Assembly (NCBI RefSeq): GCF_963921235.1 | Contig: NC_086097.1 | Coordinates: forward strand, 203,920,001 to 203,984,000 | DNA from: Mobula hypostoma | Taxonomy: Eukaryota | Direction: 5' to 3' | Length of the DNA: 64,000 nucleotides | Shown here: in pieces, positions 12,798 to 24,604 of the stretch | Position numbering within the stretch: position 1 is the stretch's first letter | Layout of the letters: every line of letters starts with the position of its first letter | The notes under the pieces: model-generated | Told to the model about the DNA's origin: nothing | Seen by the model: the letters and a program-made list of their open reading frames with translations, nothing else | Databases searched by the model: none | Program-made: the position numbers and the translations under genes

Positions 12798-15649
12798 ATT
12801 GTAAACTGGTTATACAGACAGGGAGCACATTGAAGTCACTTAGATAATATCCCCATATGTACTACTTTCATGATGGATTGAGGACATTCTAGAAAGTAAA
12901 GGGAGCAGTAAAATTGCTGCATTCTAGAAAGTAAAGGGAGCAGGTAAATTGGATGTAACTGTGTATAACTATTCTATATTTTCCTCCCCTCAAACAACTT
13001 AAATACACCAGCAATAGTACAGAAAATTGGTGATTTAATTTGTTCTCATTCTGAATAAATAAAAATCCAAATGGGCTCCAGGCCACCACATTGGTATCGT
13101 TTATTTTGTGGAGACGAGAATGCAATCAGAAACTCCCTCAGGTGTCAAGCCCTGCCATGGAATAATTTACCCAACAGTGATTTTATGCTGCTATGACATG
13201 CTCGTGGAAAAGGCACTTATTAATATCAGTGCAGCCCAGATCACTCAGCCTGCAATGGAACAGTTGTCTGCAATTTCAAAAGAACAGAAAGTGACTTTGA
13301 ACAATGTGTGACCACCATATTTTGGTGTGGTGTGGCTTGTGGGGGTGGGATTTGGAAGCAGAATTTTAATTTAGAATTGCTTTTGAAAGTTTGAAATTCT
13401 GACGAATGGGCTTAAGAGTACTATTGACCCATTCTAAAGGGTAACATAGCAACTTCTATAGTAAAATAAGGAGAATGCAGATGCTGAAGCAACAGACCAA
13501 GGAGTCCAGATGAAGGGTTTCAACCCTATTCGTTAACATAGCATCTTCAGTACAGCAAAGCGCTCCAGGCATTTCACAAAAGCACCCTTTAAAACGTATT
13601 ACCACTGGTTCGCAGCAGACAAAATGAAGATAATGACCTCATATTTCGCTTTTATTGAGTACATTAAAGGGGAAATAAAGGAGGAGGAACACAAATGATC
13701 AGTGAGGAATTTCCAGAGCTAAGGGCAAAAGGAACTGAAATCAAGGTGAAGTATTTAAATTTCTTCTTCTCTCCTTTTTTGGCCATCCCTAGTCTGGTGA
13801 GTTCTGAAGTGGCTGATGATGCAAATATCAGAACCACATGTTTTTCCACAGATAGGGCAGAAGGCAGCTGATGTGATGAATGGGTAAAAAAAATTCCCAA
13901 TTCATCAGAAACATGAGCAAACCCACAATTTGACAACTTCCTTTCCTGGATCAACGGCCCTAGCACAAGAGCCTCATCAGCTTTGTTTCCATTTTGCCTG
14001 TACACCTGGCACCGACCTCCTGAAATGGACGCTTATATGATGTTGTGAAAAGATATCACTAGATGGAAAGAGAAAAAGGTTCAAAGAAGTGCAACATCTT
14101 TTTCCCTCCTGGAATCCCTGGCTCATGACCACTCAGAGTGGAGAAGGCCCATGCGAGATAACATTGAAGCTATTGATCAGGAGCACACAGAAGACTTGCA
14201 GAAGGAGTGGACTAGTACACCACCTCACAAGCCAGCCTCCTCACCCATTTCTTGCTCATACGTCAGGCTAAAGGCTGGTTGCTAGCTCCCAAGCAGAGCT
14301 GCACACCAGAACCAGCAGTTATTATCTCAACCAAGCACCTAAATACACCAATTTCTAATGCCATCTAGACATACCAGTATACCACTACCAGTTATGTCCT
14401 TACATGGAACTACTCTGGTCCTTGGGGTTCTGTCCACACAGGTAGCTACACTGGTCCAATTCACACACCTAACGATGGCAGTACTCAGTTCCACTTAGAC
14501 ACTTAACCACCTTCGTGTGATGAATAATGGATGTGTAATGGAAAAATAAGGTCGTTACTAACCAAATCAATAAAGACCTGAATTTTACTGAAATTCCTAG
14601 ATGTGAGAGTAATAGTATTCTTTTCTTTGTTTTTCTGTATCTTGCCATTCATATAGACATGCACCACATCAATACAGCATTCTATAAACATTACATACGA
14701 AGAGATAAACTTCTTAGATTCATAAACATGTAGGATGGGTTTGTGAAAGTGGAGCAAATGGGGGCACTTTCTCCAAATAACCTGGTAAAAAAACTATATG
14801 TATAATGAGAAGCAAGGAGAACATACATTATATTCACCCATAAATGACATTAAGCATTAAAATGTGTGTGTGCTGTTCAAAAGTTAGCCAATTTATACTC
14901 TTGTGCACCACTACAATAATCAAGAAAAGCGAATAAAGGATCACTTATGTGTCATTAATTATTGCAGTGTTTGGGGAATCCCACAAATTAACAAAACTTA
15001 GAGATATCTTGCATTTTCTGGGGAAAATATCTGCCTTGGGTAAGAAAAAGGTATTTTTGACCTACTTGATTCCCTCAATGCTCTTTAAGCTGATAGCCTT
15101 AGCAGATGTTTCTCCTTGCAATTTGTAACAACTGATTTAAATGGGCATGTTCTAAAACAGGTGAGTAATTTGCTCTACATCATTACAACCCAAGGAATTG
15201 AGTTGAAAATTACTCCCATTATCTCTGCATGGACTTTCAGATTCATTGAGATTTCAGTAAGGCCTGTACTCATGGATGGTAGCATGGGGAAAGTCCAAGT
15301 TAGGCAGCTGCAACAAAAGGACACATATTAGACTCTTCACCTTGCAAATCCATATGTCTAAAGGGGTACTCATCATAGAATGCCGTTTCCCGGGAAGCAG
15401 GCTGAACTCCCATGTGATTAGAAAGGAAGCCAAGAAACAGTATGAAGCAGTGGTAAGTAGAAAATCTTAAGAGCAAACTCCTGGCAACAAAAGAGAAAGG
15501 CCAGCATTTGCAGCAGCCCTCCCAAAATTGAGATTCATTGTGAATATGGACAACTATTCCTATATTTCAGCTCTGTTACAGAATATAGTCCTAACAGTTT
15601 TATGCCATCAAATAATCCAGCATGAAAATTAATACATGGGCTTTTGGCA

Positions 15650-17945
15650 CTGCCTCCTGCCTTTCAGTCATTCCTCTATCCATGCCAGAATCTTTCCTGT
15701 AATACCACAGGGTTTTATCATGTTAAGCGGCCTCATGTGCGGCATCTTATCAAATATCTTCTGAAAATACAAGTAAATGACACCCAGTGCTTCTCCTTTT
15801 TCCACCCTGCTTGTTACTTCCTTGAAGAACTCTAACGGATTTTCCCTTTACAGAAACCATGCTGATTTTGACTTATCATTTGTCTCATCCTTAATAATGG
15901 ATGCCAACTCTTTCATAACCACTGAAGTTAGGTTAACTGGCCTATAATTTCCTCTCTTTTATCTTCTTCCCTGCTTAAAGAGTGGAGTGACATTTGCAAT
16001 TTTCCATTCTTCCAGGACCATACCTGAATCAAGTGATTCTTGAAAGATCATGACCAATGCATCCATTATCTCTTCAGCAACCACTCTCAGGACTCTGGGA
16101 TGTAGTCCATCTGGTCCAGGTGACTTATCCACCTTAAAACTTTCAGTCTGCCTAGCACTTTTTCCTTGTAATAGCAAAGACACTCACGGACCTCTGGTAT
16201 ATAGCTAGTGTCTTCAACGGTAAAGACTGAAGCAAAGTACCGATCAAGTTCATTTACCATTTCTTTGTCCCCCATTATTGCCTCACCAGCATTATTTTCT
16301 AGTAGTTTAATATTAATTTTCACCTCCCATTTATTCCTTATAGAACTGAAAAAAAACTTTTAGTATCATGCAACATACATCAAAGTTGCTGGTGAACGCA
16401 GCAGGCCAAGCAGCATCTATGCTGCGTTCACCAGCAACTTTGATGTATGTTGCTTGAATTTCCAGCATCTGCAGAATTCCTGTTGTTTTAGTATCATGCT
16501 TTATATTATTAGTTGGTTTGCCCTCATATTTCAACTTTTCCCTTCTTGTGGCCTTTTTAGTTGCTTTTTGTTGGATTTTAAAAACTTCACAATCATCCAA
16601 CTTCCCACTCACTTTTGCTACCTAATATGCCCTTTCCTTGGATTTTATGGAGTTCTTAACTTCCCTTGTCAGCCATAGTTACCTAGCCCTGCAATTTGAG
16701 AACTACTTCTGTGGGACTTATCTATTCTGTGCCTTGTGAACTATGCCCAGAAACTTCAGCCATCTTTGTTTTGCCGTTATCCCCATCAGTATCTTTTTCC
16801 AATCCACTTCTCTCATGCCTCTCCCTCTCATTGAGAGCGAGAGGCATGCTTCTCCCTCTCAAACTGCAGTATGAATTCAATCATATTATGATCACTGCTT
16901 CCTAAGGGTTCCTTTACGTTAAGCAGACTAATAAAATCTGGGTTATGACACAACACCAAATCTAGAAAGCCTTTCTCCGAGTAGGCTCAAGCACAAACTG
17001 CTCTAAAAAGCCATCTCCTTGGTATTCAACAAATTCCCTCTGTTGCGATCCAATATCAACCTGATTTTCTCAATCCCCTTGCATATTGAAGTCCCCCATT
17101 ACAATTGTGACCTTAGCCTTATTACATGCCCTTTCCAGCTCCCTTTGCAATCTCAACCCCACATCTTGGCTACTAGTTGGAGGACTATATATGATTCCCA
17201 TATTAGTTTTTAACCCATGCCATTTCTTAACTTCACCCATTTGACATTCTCTGAACCTATGTCACCTCTTTCTAAAGATGTAATTCCATCTCTTACCAAT
17301 AGAGCCATATCACTGCCTATGCCTTCCTGCCTGTCCTTTTGATACAAAGTATATCCTTTGATGTTAAACTCCCAACTATAACCTTCTTTCAGCCATGACT
17401 CAAAGATGCCCACATCATATAGAACAATCTCTAATTGGACCACGAGTTTGTCCGCCTTACTCCGAATGTTACTTTCATTTAAATACAGTATCTTCAGTCC
17501 TCCATTCTTCGCCTTTATGAATTTTGCCTCTGTGGTACAATTTAACTCTTTGCACTGTCTGCAGTTGTACCCAATGATTGGCTTGTCCTTCCTAACAGTC
17601 ATATTATATATTACATCATCTACTTGTAAAGCTGCTAGCTTATCCTCAGCTCTACCATACGGATTCCCATCCACCTGCCATATTAGTTTAAACCACTCCC
17701 AGCACTCTAGCAAACCTACCCACAAGGATATCTGTCCCCCTCAGATTCAAATTAAACCTGTCCCTTTAGTACTGGACACACCTGCCCTAGAGGAGGTCCC
17801 AATGATCTAAAAATCTGAATCCCTGCCCCTGCTCCAATTTTTCAGCCAAGCATTTATCTGCTACCTCATTCTATTCCTATCCTCACTGCCTGTGGCACAG
17901 GCAGCAATCCCAAGATTACTACCCTTGACGTCCCACTTGCCTCTA
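15650..17945 (-). mobile_element. CR1 LINE internal fragment (ORF1 end, APE start, RT start), degraded
   Basis: LKILYLN..NIRSK..L, ESWL, GY.LY.KDR (APE N-terminus; ORF 17210-17725); VDKSPGPDGLHP and WKIANVTPLFK (15959-16183). Confidence 0.85.
16372..16485. mobile_element. Miniature fold-back Penelope-like insertion inside CR1
   Basis: Inverted arms of the PLE 3' terminus; 14-bp TSD TTTTAGTATCATGC at 16358-16371 and 16486-16499. Confidence 0.88.
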
Positions 17946-19754
17946 AAGGATAATTTTGAGTTACCAATAAAAAGTTTAACAATATCCATCAATGTAGTAA
18001 AATACAACTGAGCCTTCCCAAGCCTCCTTAATTTAATACTGTAAAAAAGCAGAGGCAATGTATAGCAATTATTCTAAGATTTAACTATTCAATGGCACAC
18101 TTAATTTCACTTTCTGCAGCTGCAGCACTTTGTTAAAGTTTAATGATTTCATTTCAGAAATGCAGTTAAAATACAAAAACCACAAAACCTCTTACTGCTC
18201 TGTTATAGGTCAGGTATGAGGTAAAAATCGTCTAGACAACCAGTAAGCCTGTCTGGACAAACCTTAGAAAAATATTCATGTCACCACATTCACTTTGAGC
18301 AGGCATGTAGCTAGTCCAGTTTTCCCAATAGCTAGGACAATCTAATAAGATAGATGAACTAGATTGATAGGGTATTCAGGATTGTTTAATGTTATTTTCA
18401 GTAAATAAGTGTAAAGGAGAATGGAATAATTGTTACTCCAGATTCTATGCAATACAAAAACCCACAATTAGATAAAGAACACAATAATAAATAAATATAA
18501 TAAATGCGAACATATAAGATAGCTTATATACATTGATTGATTGTATGTCCATAAAGGGATATTAGGCACATTAATGTCTGTACATTAGGTGACTTTAACA
18601 GGCAATGATAAAGTAGGGGTGGTGGGAAGTGTGGAGGGCTGGGCTGATAGGTGGAGGTGTTGATCAGCTTTACTGCTTGAGGAAAGTAACTATTTTTCAG
18701 TCTAGTGGTCCTGGCATGGATGCTATGTCGCCTCCTCCCTGATGTGAGTGGAACAAAGAGTCTATGAGCAGGATGGGTGGTATTCTTCATGACGTTACTG
18801 ACACATTTCCCAAATCTTTATGCATTTACAGTTGAAGTCAGAAGTTTACATACACCTTAGCCAAATACATTTAAACTCAGTTTTTCACAATTCCTGATAT
18901 TTAATCCCAGAAAACATTCCCTGTCTTAGGTCAGTTTGGATCACTACTTTATTTTAAGAATGTGAAATATCAGAAGAATAGTAGAGAGAATGATTTATTT
19001 CAGCTTTTATTTCACTTTCCCAGTGGGTCAGAAGTTTACATACACTTTTGTTAGTATTTGGTAGCATTGCCTTTAAATTGTTTAACTTGGGTCAAATGTT
19101 TTGGGTAGCCTTCCACAAGCTTCTCACAGTAAGCTACTGGAATTTTGTTCCATTCCTCCAGACAGAACTGGTGTAACTGACTCAGGTTTCTAGGCCTCCT
19201 TGCTTGCACATGCCTTTTCAGTTCTGCGCACAAGTTTTCTTTCGGATTGAGGTCAGGGCTTTGTGATGGCCACTCCAATACTTTGACTTTGTTGTCCTTA
19301 AGCAATTTTGCCACAACTTTGGAGGCATGCTTGGGGTCATTGACCATTTGGAAGACCCATTTGCGACCGAGCTTTAACTTCCTGGCTGATGTCTTGAGAT
19401 GTTGCTTCAATATATCCACATAATTTTCCTTCCTCATGATGCCATCTATCTTGTGAAGTGCAGCAGTACCTCCTGCAGCAAAGCACCCCCATAACATGAT
19501 GCTGCCACCCCCATGCTTCATGCTTGGGATGGTGTTTTTCGGCTTGCAAGCCTCACCCTTTTTCCTCCAAACATAATGATGGTCGTTATAGCCAAACAGC
19601 TCAATTTTTGTTTCATCAGACCAGAGGACATTTCTCCAAAAAGTAAGATCTTTGTCCCCATGTGCACTTGCAAACTGTAGTCTGGCTTTTTTATGGCAGT
19701 TTTGGAGCAGTGGCTTCTTCCTTGCTGAGCAGCCTTTCAGGTTATGTCGATATA

Positions 19755-20120
19755 TTGAGCAACATCTCATATACCATCTAGGTAGTCTCCGGCCCCTTGG
19801 TATGAACATAGAATTCTCCAACTTCCGGTAATTCCCTCCCCCTCCCTTCCTCTATCCCTATTTACCCCCTCCTCCAGCTCCCTCATGGTTCCGCCTCCTT
19901 CTACTACCCATTGTTTTCGGGGCTCTGATGTCAGTGCTTCCCCTCCCCCACCCCTTTGTCTTTCAAATTACTGGTTTTTCAACTGAAGCTACAAGCATTC
20001 TTCAAATCCTTCCCCATCTTTCATTCTTCAGTCCTGACGAAGGGTTCCGGCCCGAAACGTTGACTCATCATTTCTAACTGATGCTACCCGACCTGCTGAG
20101 TTCATCCAGTGTACTGAAAG
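19755..20120 (+). mobile_element. Penelope-like element of a second family, inserted in the transposase
   Basis: EQHLIYHLGSLRPLGMNIEFSNFR* GIY-YIG C-terminus; hammerhead motif; TSD TGTCGATATA/TGTTGATATA at 19745-19754 and 20121-20130. Confidence 0.85.
20030..20065 (+). ncRNA. Minimal type I hammerhead ribozyme motif
   Basis: AGTC-CTGACGA-AGGGTTCCGGCCC-GAAA-CG-TT-GACT; intact core, stem I AGUC/GACU, GUU cleavage triplet. Confidence 0.8.
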
Positions 20121-20420
20121 TGTTGATATAGGACTTGTTTTGCTGTGGATATAGATACTTGTCTACCTGTTTCCTCCAGCACCTTGACAAGGTCCTTTGC
20201 TGTTGTTCTGGGATTGATTTGCACTTTTTGCGCCATTGATATTTACTTTTCGCGCCAAAGTAGGATTACGAGGAGACGGAATGCGTCTCCTTCCTGAGCA
20301 GTATGACGGCTGCATGGTCCCATGGTGTTTATACTTGCATACTATTGTTTGTACAGATGAACGTGATACCTTCAGGCGTTTGGAAATTGCTCCCAAGGAT
20401 GAAACAGATGACATCATTTT

Positions 20421-20626
20421 CTGACATCAATCCGATTGAAAATTTGTGGGCAGAACTGAAAAAGCATGTGCGAGCGAGGAGGCCTACAAACCTGACTCAG
20501 TTACACCAGTTCTGTCTGAAGGAATGGAACAAAATTCCAGCAACTTATTATGAGAAGCTTGTGGAAGGCTACCTAAAATGTTTGACCCAAGTTAAACAAC
20601 TTAAAGGCAATGCTACCAAATACTAG
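20421..20626 (+). pseudogene. Inverted duplicate of the Tc1 transposase C-terminus
   Basis: DINPIENLWAELKKHVRARRPTNLTQLHQFC..EGY.K.LTQVKQLKGNATKY*. Confidence 0.9.
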
Positions 20627-20760
20627 CAAAGTGTATGTAAACTTCTGACTCACTGGGAAAGTGATGAAAGAAATAAAAGCTGAAATAAATCATTCTCTCT
20701 ACTATTATTTCGACATTTCACATTCTTAAAATAAAGTTGTGATCCAAACTGACCTAAGAC

Positions 20761-22013
20761 GAATCTCATAGAATTTTTTGAGGATGTAACTAGTTGAGTG
20801 GATAGGGAAGAACCAGTGGATGTGGTATATTTGGATTGTCAAAAGGCTTTTGACAAGGTCCCACACGGGAGATTAGTGTGCAAACTTAAAGCACACGGTA
20901 TTGGGGGTAAGATATTGATGTGGATAGAGAATTGGTTGTCAGACAGGAAGCAAAGAGTGGGAATAAATGGGACTTTTTCAGAATGGCAGGCAGTGACTAG
21001 TGGGGTACCGCAAGGCTCAGTGCTGGGACCCCAGTTGTTTACAATATATATTAATGACTTAGATGAAGGAAATAAATGCTGCATCTCCAAGTTTGCAGAT
21101 GACATGAAGCTGGGCGGCAGTGTTAGCTGTGAGGAGGATGCTAAGAGGATGCAGGGTGACTTGGATGGGTTAGGTGAGTGGGCAAATTCATGGCAGATGC
21201 AATTTAATGTGGATACATGAGGTTATCCACTTTGGTGGCAAAAACAGGAAAACAGATTATTATCTGAATGGTGGCCGATTAGGAAAAGGGGAGGTGCAAC
21301 GAGACCTGGGTGTCATTATACACCAGTCATTGAAAGTGGGCATGCAGGTACAGCAGGCGTTGAAAAAGGTGAATGGTATGCTGGCATTCATAGCAAGGGG
21401 ATTCGAGTACAGGAGCAGGGAGGTACTACTGCAGTTGTACAAGGCCTTGGTGAGACCACACCTGGAGTATTGTGTGCAGTTTTGGTCCCCTAATCTGAGG
21501 AAAGACATTCTTGCCATAGAGGGAATACAAAGAAGGTTCACCAGATTGATTCCTGGGATGGCAGGACTTTCATATGATGAAAGACTGGATCGACTAGGCT
21601 TATACTCGCTGGAATTTAGAAGATTGAGGGGGTAATCTTATTGAAACATATAAAATCCTAAAGGGATTGGACAGGCTAGATGCAGGAAGATTGTTCCCGA
21701 TGTTGGGGAAGTCCAGAACGAGGGGTCACAGTTTGAGGATAGAGGGGAAGCCTTTTAGGACCGAGATGAGGAAAAACTTCTTCACACAGAGAGTGGTGAA
21801 TCTGTGGAATTCTCTGCCACAGGAAACAGCTGAGGCCAGTTCATTGGCTATATTTAAGAGGGAGTTAGATATGGCCCTTGTGGCTAAAGGGATCAGGGGA
21901 TATGGAGGGAAGGCTGGTGCAGGGCTCTGAGTTGGATGATCAGCCATGATCATACTGAATGGCAGTGTAGGCTCGAAGGGCCGAATGGCCTACTCCTGCA
22001 CCTATTTTCTATG
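20761..22013 (+). mobile_element. CR1 LINE, 5'-truncated young copy inserted in the Tc1 IR
   Basis: RT motifs (KAFDKVPH, SGVPQGSVLGP, FADD) and C-terminus; 6-bp TSD TAAGAC at 20755-20760 and 22014-22019. Confidence 0.93.
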
Positions 22014-22916
22014 TAAGACAGGGAATGTTTTCTAGGATTAAATGTCAGGAATTGTGAAAAACTGAGTTTAAATGTATTTGGCTAAGGTGTATGTAAACTT
22101 CTGACTTCAACTGTATGCCCATGATAGTGGGTAGGCTGTTAGTGGGTGATGCATTGGTCAGTTTTGACTACCTGCTGTGGAACCTTCCTGCTGCCACAGA
22201 TCAGTTATCGTACCATGCAGTGATGCTGTTCCGTGTTGAGTTAATTGATATCAGCATCTTTGAGTGAAGGAATGATCCATCACTGAATTCTGAGCTTTAT
22301 CCATTATCCATGCTGGTGCTGTGTACCATGGTACACCTCCTGATACTGGGTAAGTGCTGGGTTTCTCCTTTGGGTTCATGACTCACCATATTACATCAAT
22401 CATGAATAATGATTGAGATTCACGTGTGGGAAAATAAACCACAAGGAAACGTGTTTTTTTTTTGATTTTTAATTGGGACCTGGATAATACTGACAAGCAG
22501 CACTTACTGCTCATCCGTAACTTCTTGGAAAAATTGGTGGTGGAGCTGCTTGAATTGCTATAGTTTTCCGATGAAGGTTGCTTATGATGATGTTAGATGT
22601 CATGTTAAGTGCATCTTTTCAGCTAGTGATGGTAACAGAAAAGTAAAACAGCATCACCCAATTTATAACTGTGCATGACTTAGATAGAACTACCTAGAAT
22701 ATACAGCAAGAGTCAGGTGATTTGATTCTTCTGGCCCATACTGGTGACTAGCCTTTTCCAATCCCTCCACCATAACTTGTCAGCACAACTTATAACTACT
22801 TCCCTCATTAATTAAACGCAAACAACAGGAATTCTGCAGATGCTGGAAATTCAAGCAACACACATCAAAGTTGCTGGTGAACGCAGCAGGCCAGGCAGCA
22901 TCTGTAGCAAGAGGTG

Positions 22917-22954
22917 CAGTCGACGTTTCAGGCCGAGACCCTTCGTCAGGACTA
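22917..22954 (-). ncRNA. Minimal type I hammerhead ribozyme motif
   Basis: Reverse complement TAGTC-CTGACGA-AGGGTCTCGGCCT-GAAA-CG-TC-GACTG; intact core, GUC triplet. Confidence 0.82.
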
Positions 22955-23488
22955 ACTGAAGGAAGAGTGAGTAAGGGATTTGAAAGTTGGAGGGGGAGGG
23001 GGAGATCCAAAATGATAGGAGAAGACAGGATGGGGAGGGATAGAGCCAAGAGCTGGACAGGTGATAGGCAAAAGGGGATACGAGAGGATCATGGGACAGG
23101 AGGTCCGGGAAGAAAGACGGGGGGGGGGACCCAGAGGATGGGCAAGAGGTATATTCAGAGGGACAGAAGGAGAAAAAGGAGAGTGAGAGAAAGAATGTGT
23201 GCATAAAAATAAGTAACAGATGGGGTACGAGGGGGAGGTGGGGCCTTAGTGGAAGTTAGAGAAGTCGATGTTCATGCCATCAGGTTGGAGGCTACCCAGA
23301 TGGAATATAAGGTGTTGTTCCTCCAACCTGAGTGTGGCTTCATCTTTACAGTAGAGGAGGCCATGGATAGACATGTCAGAATGGGAATGGTTCATGCCAT
23401 CAGGTTGGATCCCGCAGGGATCGCTCCCTACGCAACTCCCTTGTCCATTCATCCCCCCCATCCCTCCCCACTGATCTCCCTCCTGGCA

Positions 23489-23901
23489 CTTATCCGTGTA
23501 AGCGGAACAAGTGCTACACATGCCCTTACACTTCCTCCTTTACCACCATTCAGGGCCCCAAACAGTCCTTCTAGGTGAGGCAACACTTCACCTGTGAGTC
23601 GGCTGGGGTGATATACTGCGTCCGGTGCTCCCGATGTGGCCTTGTATATATTGGCGAGACCCGATGCAGACTGGAAGACCGCTTTGCTGAACATCTATGC
23701 TCTGTCCGCCAGAGAAAGCAGGATCTCCCAGTGGCCACACATTTTAATTCCACATCCCATTCCCATTCTGACATGTCTATCCACGGCCTCCTCTACTGTA
23801 AAGATGAAGCCACACTCAGGTTGGAGGAACAACACCTTATATTCCATCTGGGTAGCCTCCAACCTGATGGCATGAGCATCGACTTCTCTAACTTCCGCTA
23901 A
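23489..23901 (+). pseudogene. PLE GIY-YIG endonuclease domain with Cys-rich linker
   Basis: YPCKRNKCYTCP linker, then GVIYCVRCSRCGLVYIGET..R..EH..HF..H..EEQHLIF; stop codon at ~23572. Confidence 0.88.
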
Positions 23902-24192
23902 GGCCCCACCTCCCCCTCGTACCCCATCTGTTACTTATTTTTATGCACACATTCTTTCTCTCACTCTCCTTTTTCTCCCTCTGTCCCTCTGAATATACCT
24001 CTTGCCCATCCTCTGGGCCCCCCCCCTTGTCTTTCTTCCCGGACCTCCTGTCCCATGATTCTTTTGTATCCCCTTTTGCCTATCACCTGTCCAGCTCTTG
24101 GCTCTATCCCTCCCCCTCCTGTCTTCTCCTATCATTTTGGATCTCCCCCTCCCCCTCCAACTTTCAAATCCCTTACTCACTCTTCCTTCAGT

Positions 24193-24230
24193 TAGTCCTG
24201 ACGAAGGGTCTCGGCCTGAAACGTCGACTG
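24193..24230 (+). ncRNA. Minimal type I hammerhead ribozyme motif
   Basis: TAGTC-CTGACGA-AGGGTCTCGGCCT-GAAA-CG-TC-GACTG; predicted cleavage after 24225. Confidence 0.82.
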
Positions 24231-24604
24231 CACCTCTTCCTACAGATGCTGCCTGGCCTGCTGCGTTCATCAGCAACTTTGATGTGTGTTCCCTCATGTA
24301 TTAAGTTAGTTTCCACTTAATGTATTTAGCTTAACCATCTCAACTTCTCCCTGTCGTTAAAGAATTTCTGTTGAATTCTGATTTGAGTTTAGTAATAACT
24401 AGTTTCTATTTTTACCCCTTAATATTGATCTCAATGCTTGTGGCAATACCTTTCTGTGCGTTTTCTATGAATGCCTAGAAATTCAATTGTATAAAATTTT
24501 TTCAGCATTTTGCCGTAGAAAATTGATTTTATTTTTCTGGCATATAATGCAGTTTTGACCATTAAAGTCTCATGGCACTTTGGAAATTTAACTAAAACTT
24601 CCTT

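Larger units (their letters stand above)
19051..20408 (-). pseudogene. Tc1 (SB-like) transposase pseudogene
   Basis: SSLGAISKRL..RSSVQTIV.KYKHHGT (20163-20417); ARKKPLL, WSDETK, KHGGGSIMLWGCF, MRKENY, WPSQSPDLNP.E, GNATKY. N-terminus missing, PLE inserted, second catalytic D appears as V (QMVND). Confidence 0.93.
18829..22113. mobile_element. Sleeping Beauty/Tss1-like Tc1 transposon with two right-hand IR/DR ends
   Basis: Both termini read CAGTTGAAGTCAGAAGTTTACATACACCTTAGCC with an inner DR GTCAGAAGTTTACATACAC; TA at 18827-18828 and 22114-22115; each IR directly follows a transposase stop codon (GNATKY*). Confidence 0.93.
18375..22230 (-). mobile_element. Rex/Babar LINE 3' fragment hosting the Tc1 element
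   Basis: THPAH.LFVPL.SGRR..SI.ARTTRLKNSYFPQA (18524-18790); upstream continuation (ITAWY region) at 22114-22230. Confidence 0.75.
22816..24288. mobile_element. Large fold-back Penelope-like (Neptune-type) insertion
   Basis: Minus arm 22816-23390 and plus arm 23410-24288 are near-identical inverted copies over ~530 bp; TSD TTCCCTCATnnATTAA (14/16) at 22800-22815 and 24289-24304. Confidence 0.92.

Noticed and set aside
12885..12943. 24-bp direct repeat with 11-bp spacer
   Set aside because: Two copies only; local tandem duplication, not CRISPR-like
14503..14830. TTAACCAC start suggesting a piggyBac end
   Set aside because: No matching second terminus or transposase found
19051..19821. 256-aa ORF as an active transposase
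   Set aside because: Its first ~23 aa are antisense PLE sequence; the DNA-binding domain is separated and the second catalytic Asp is Val
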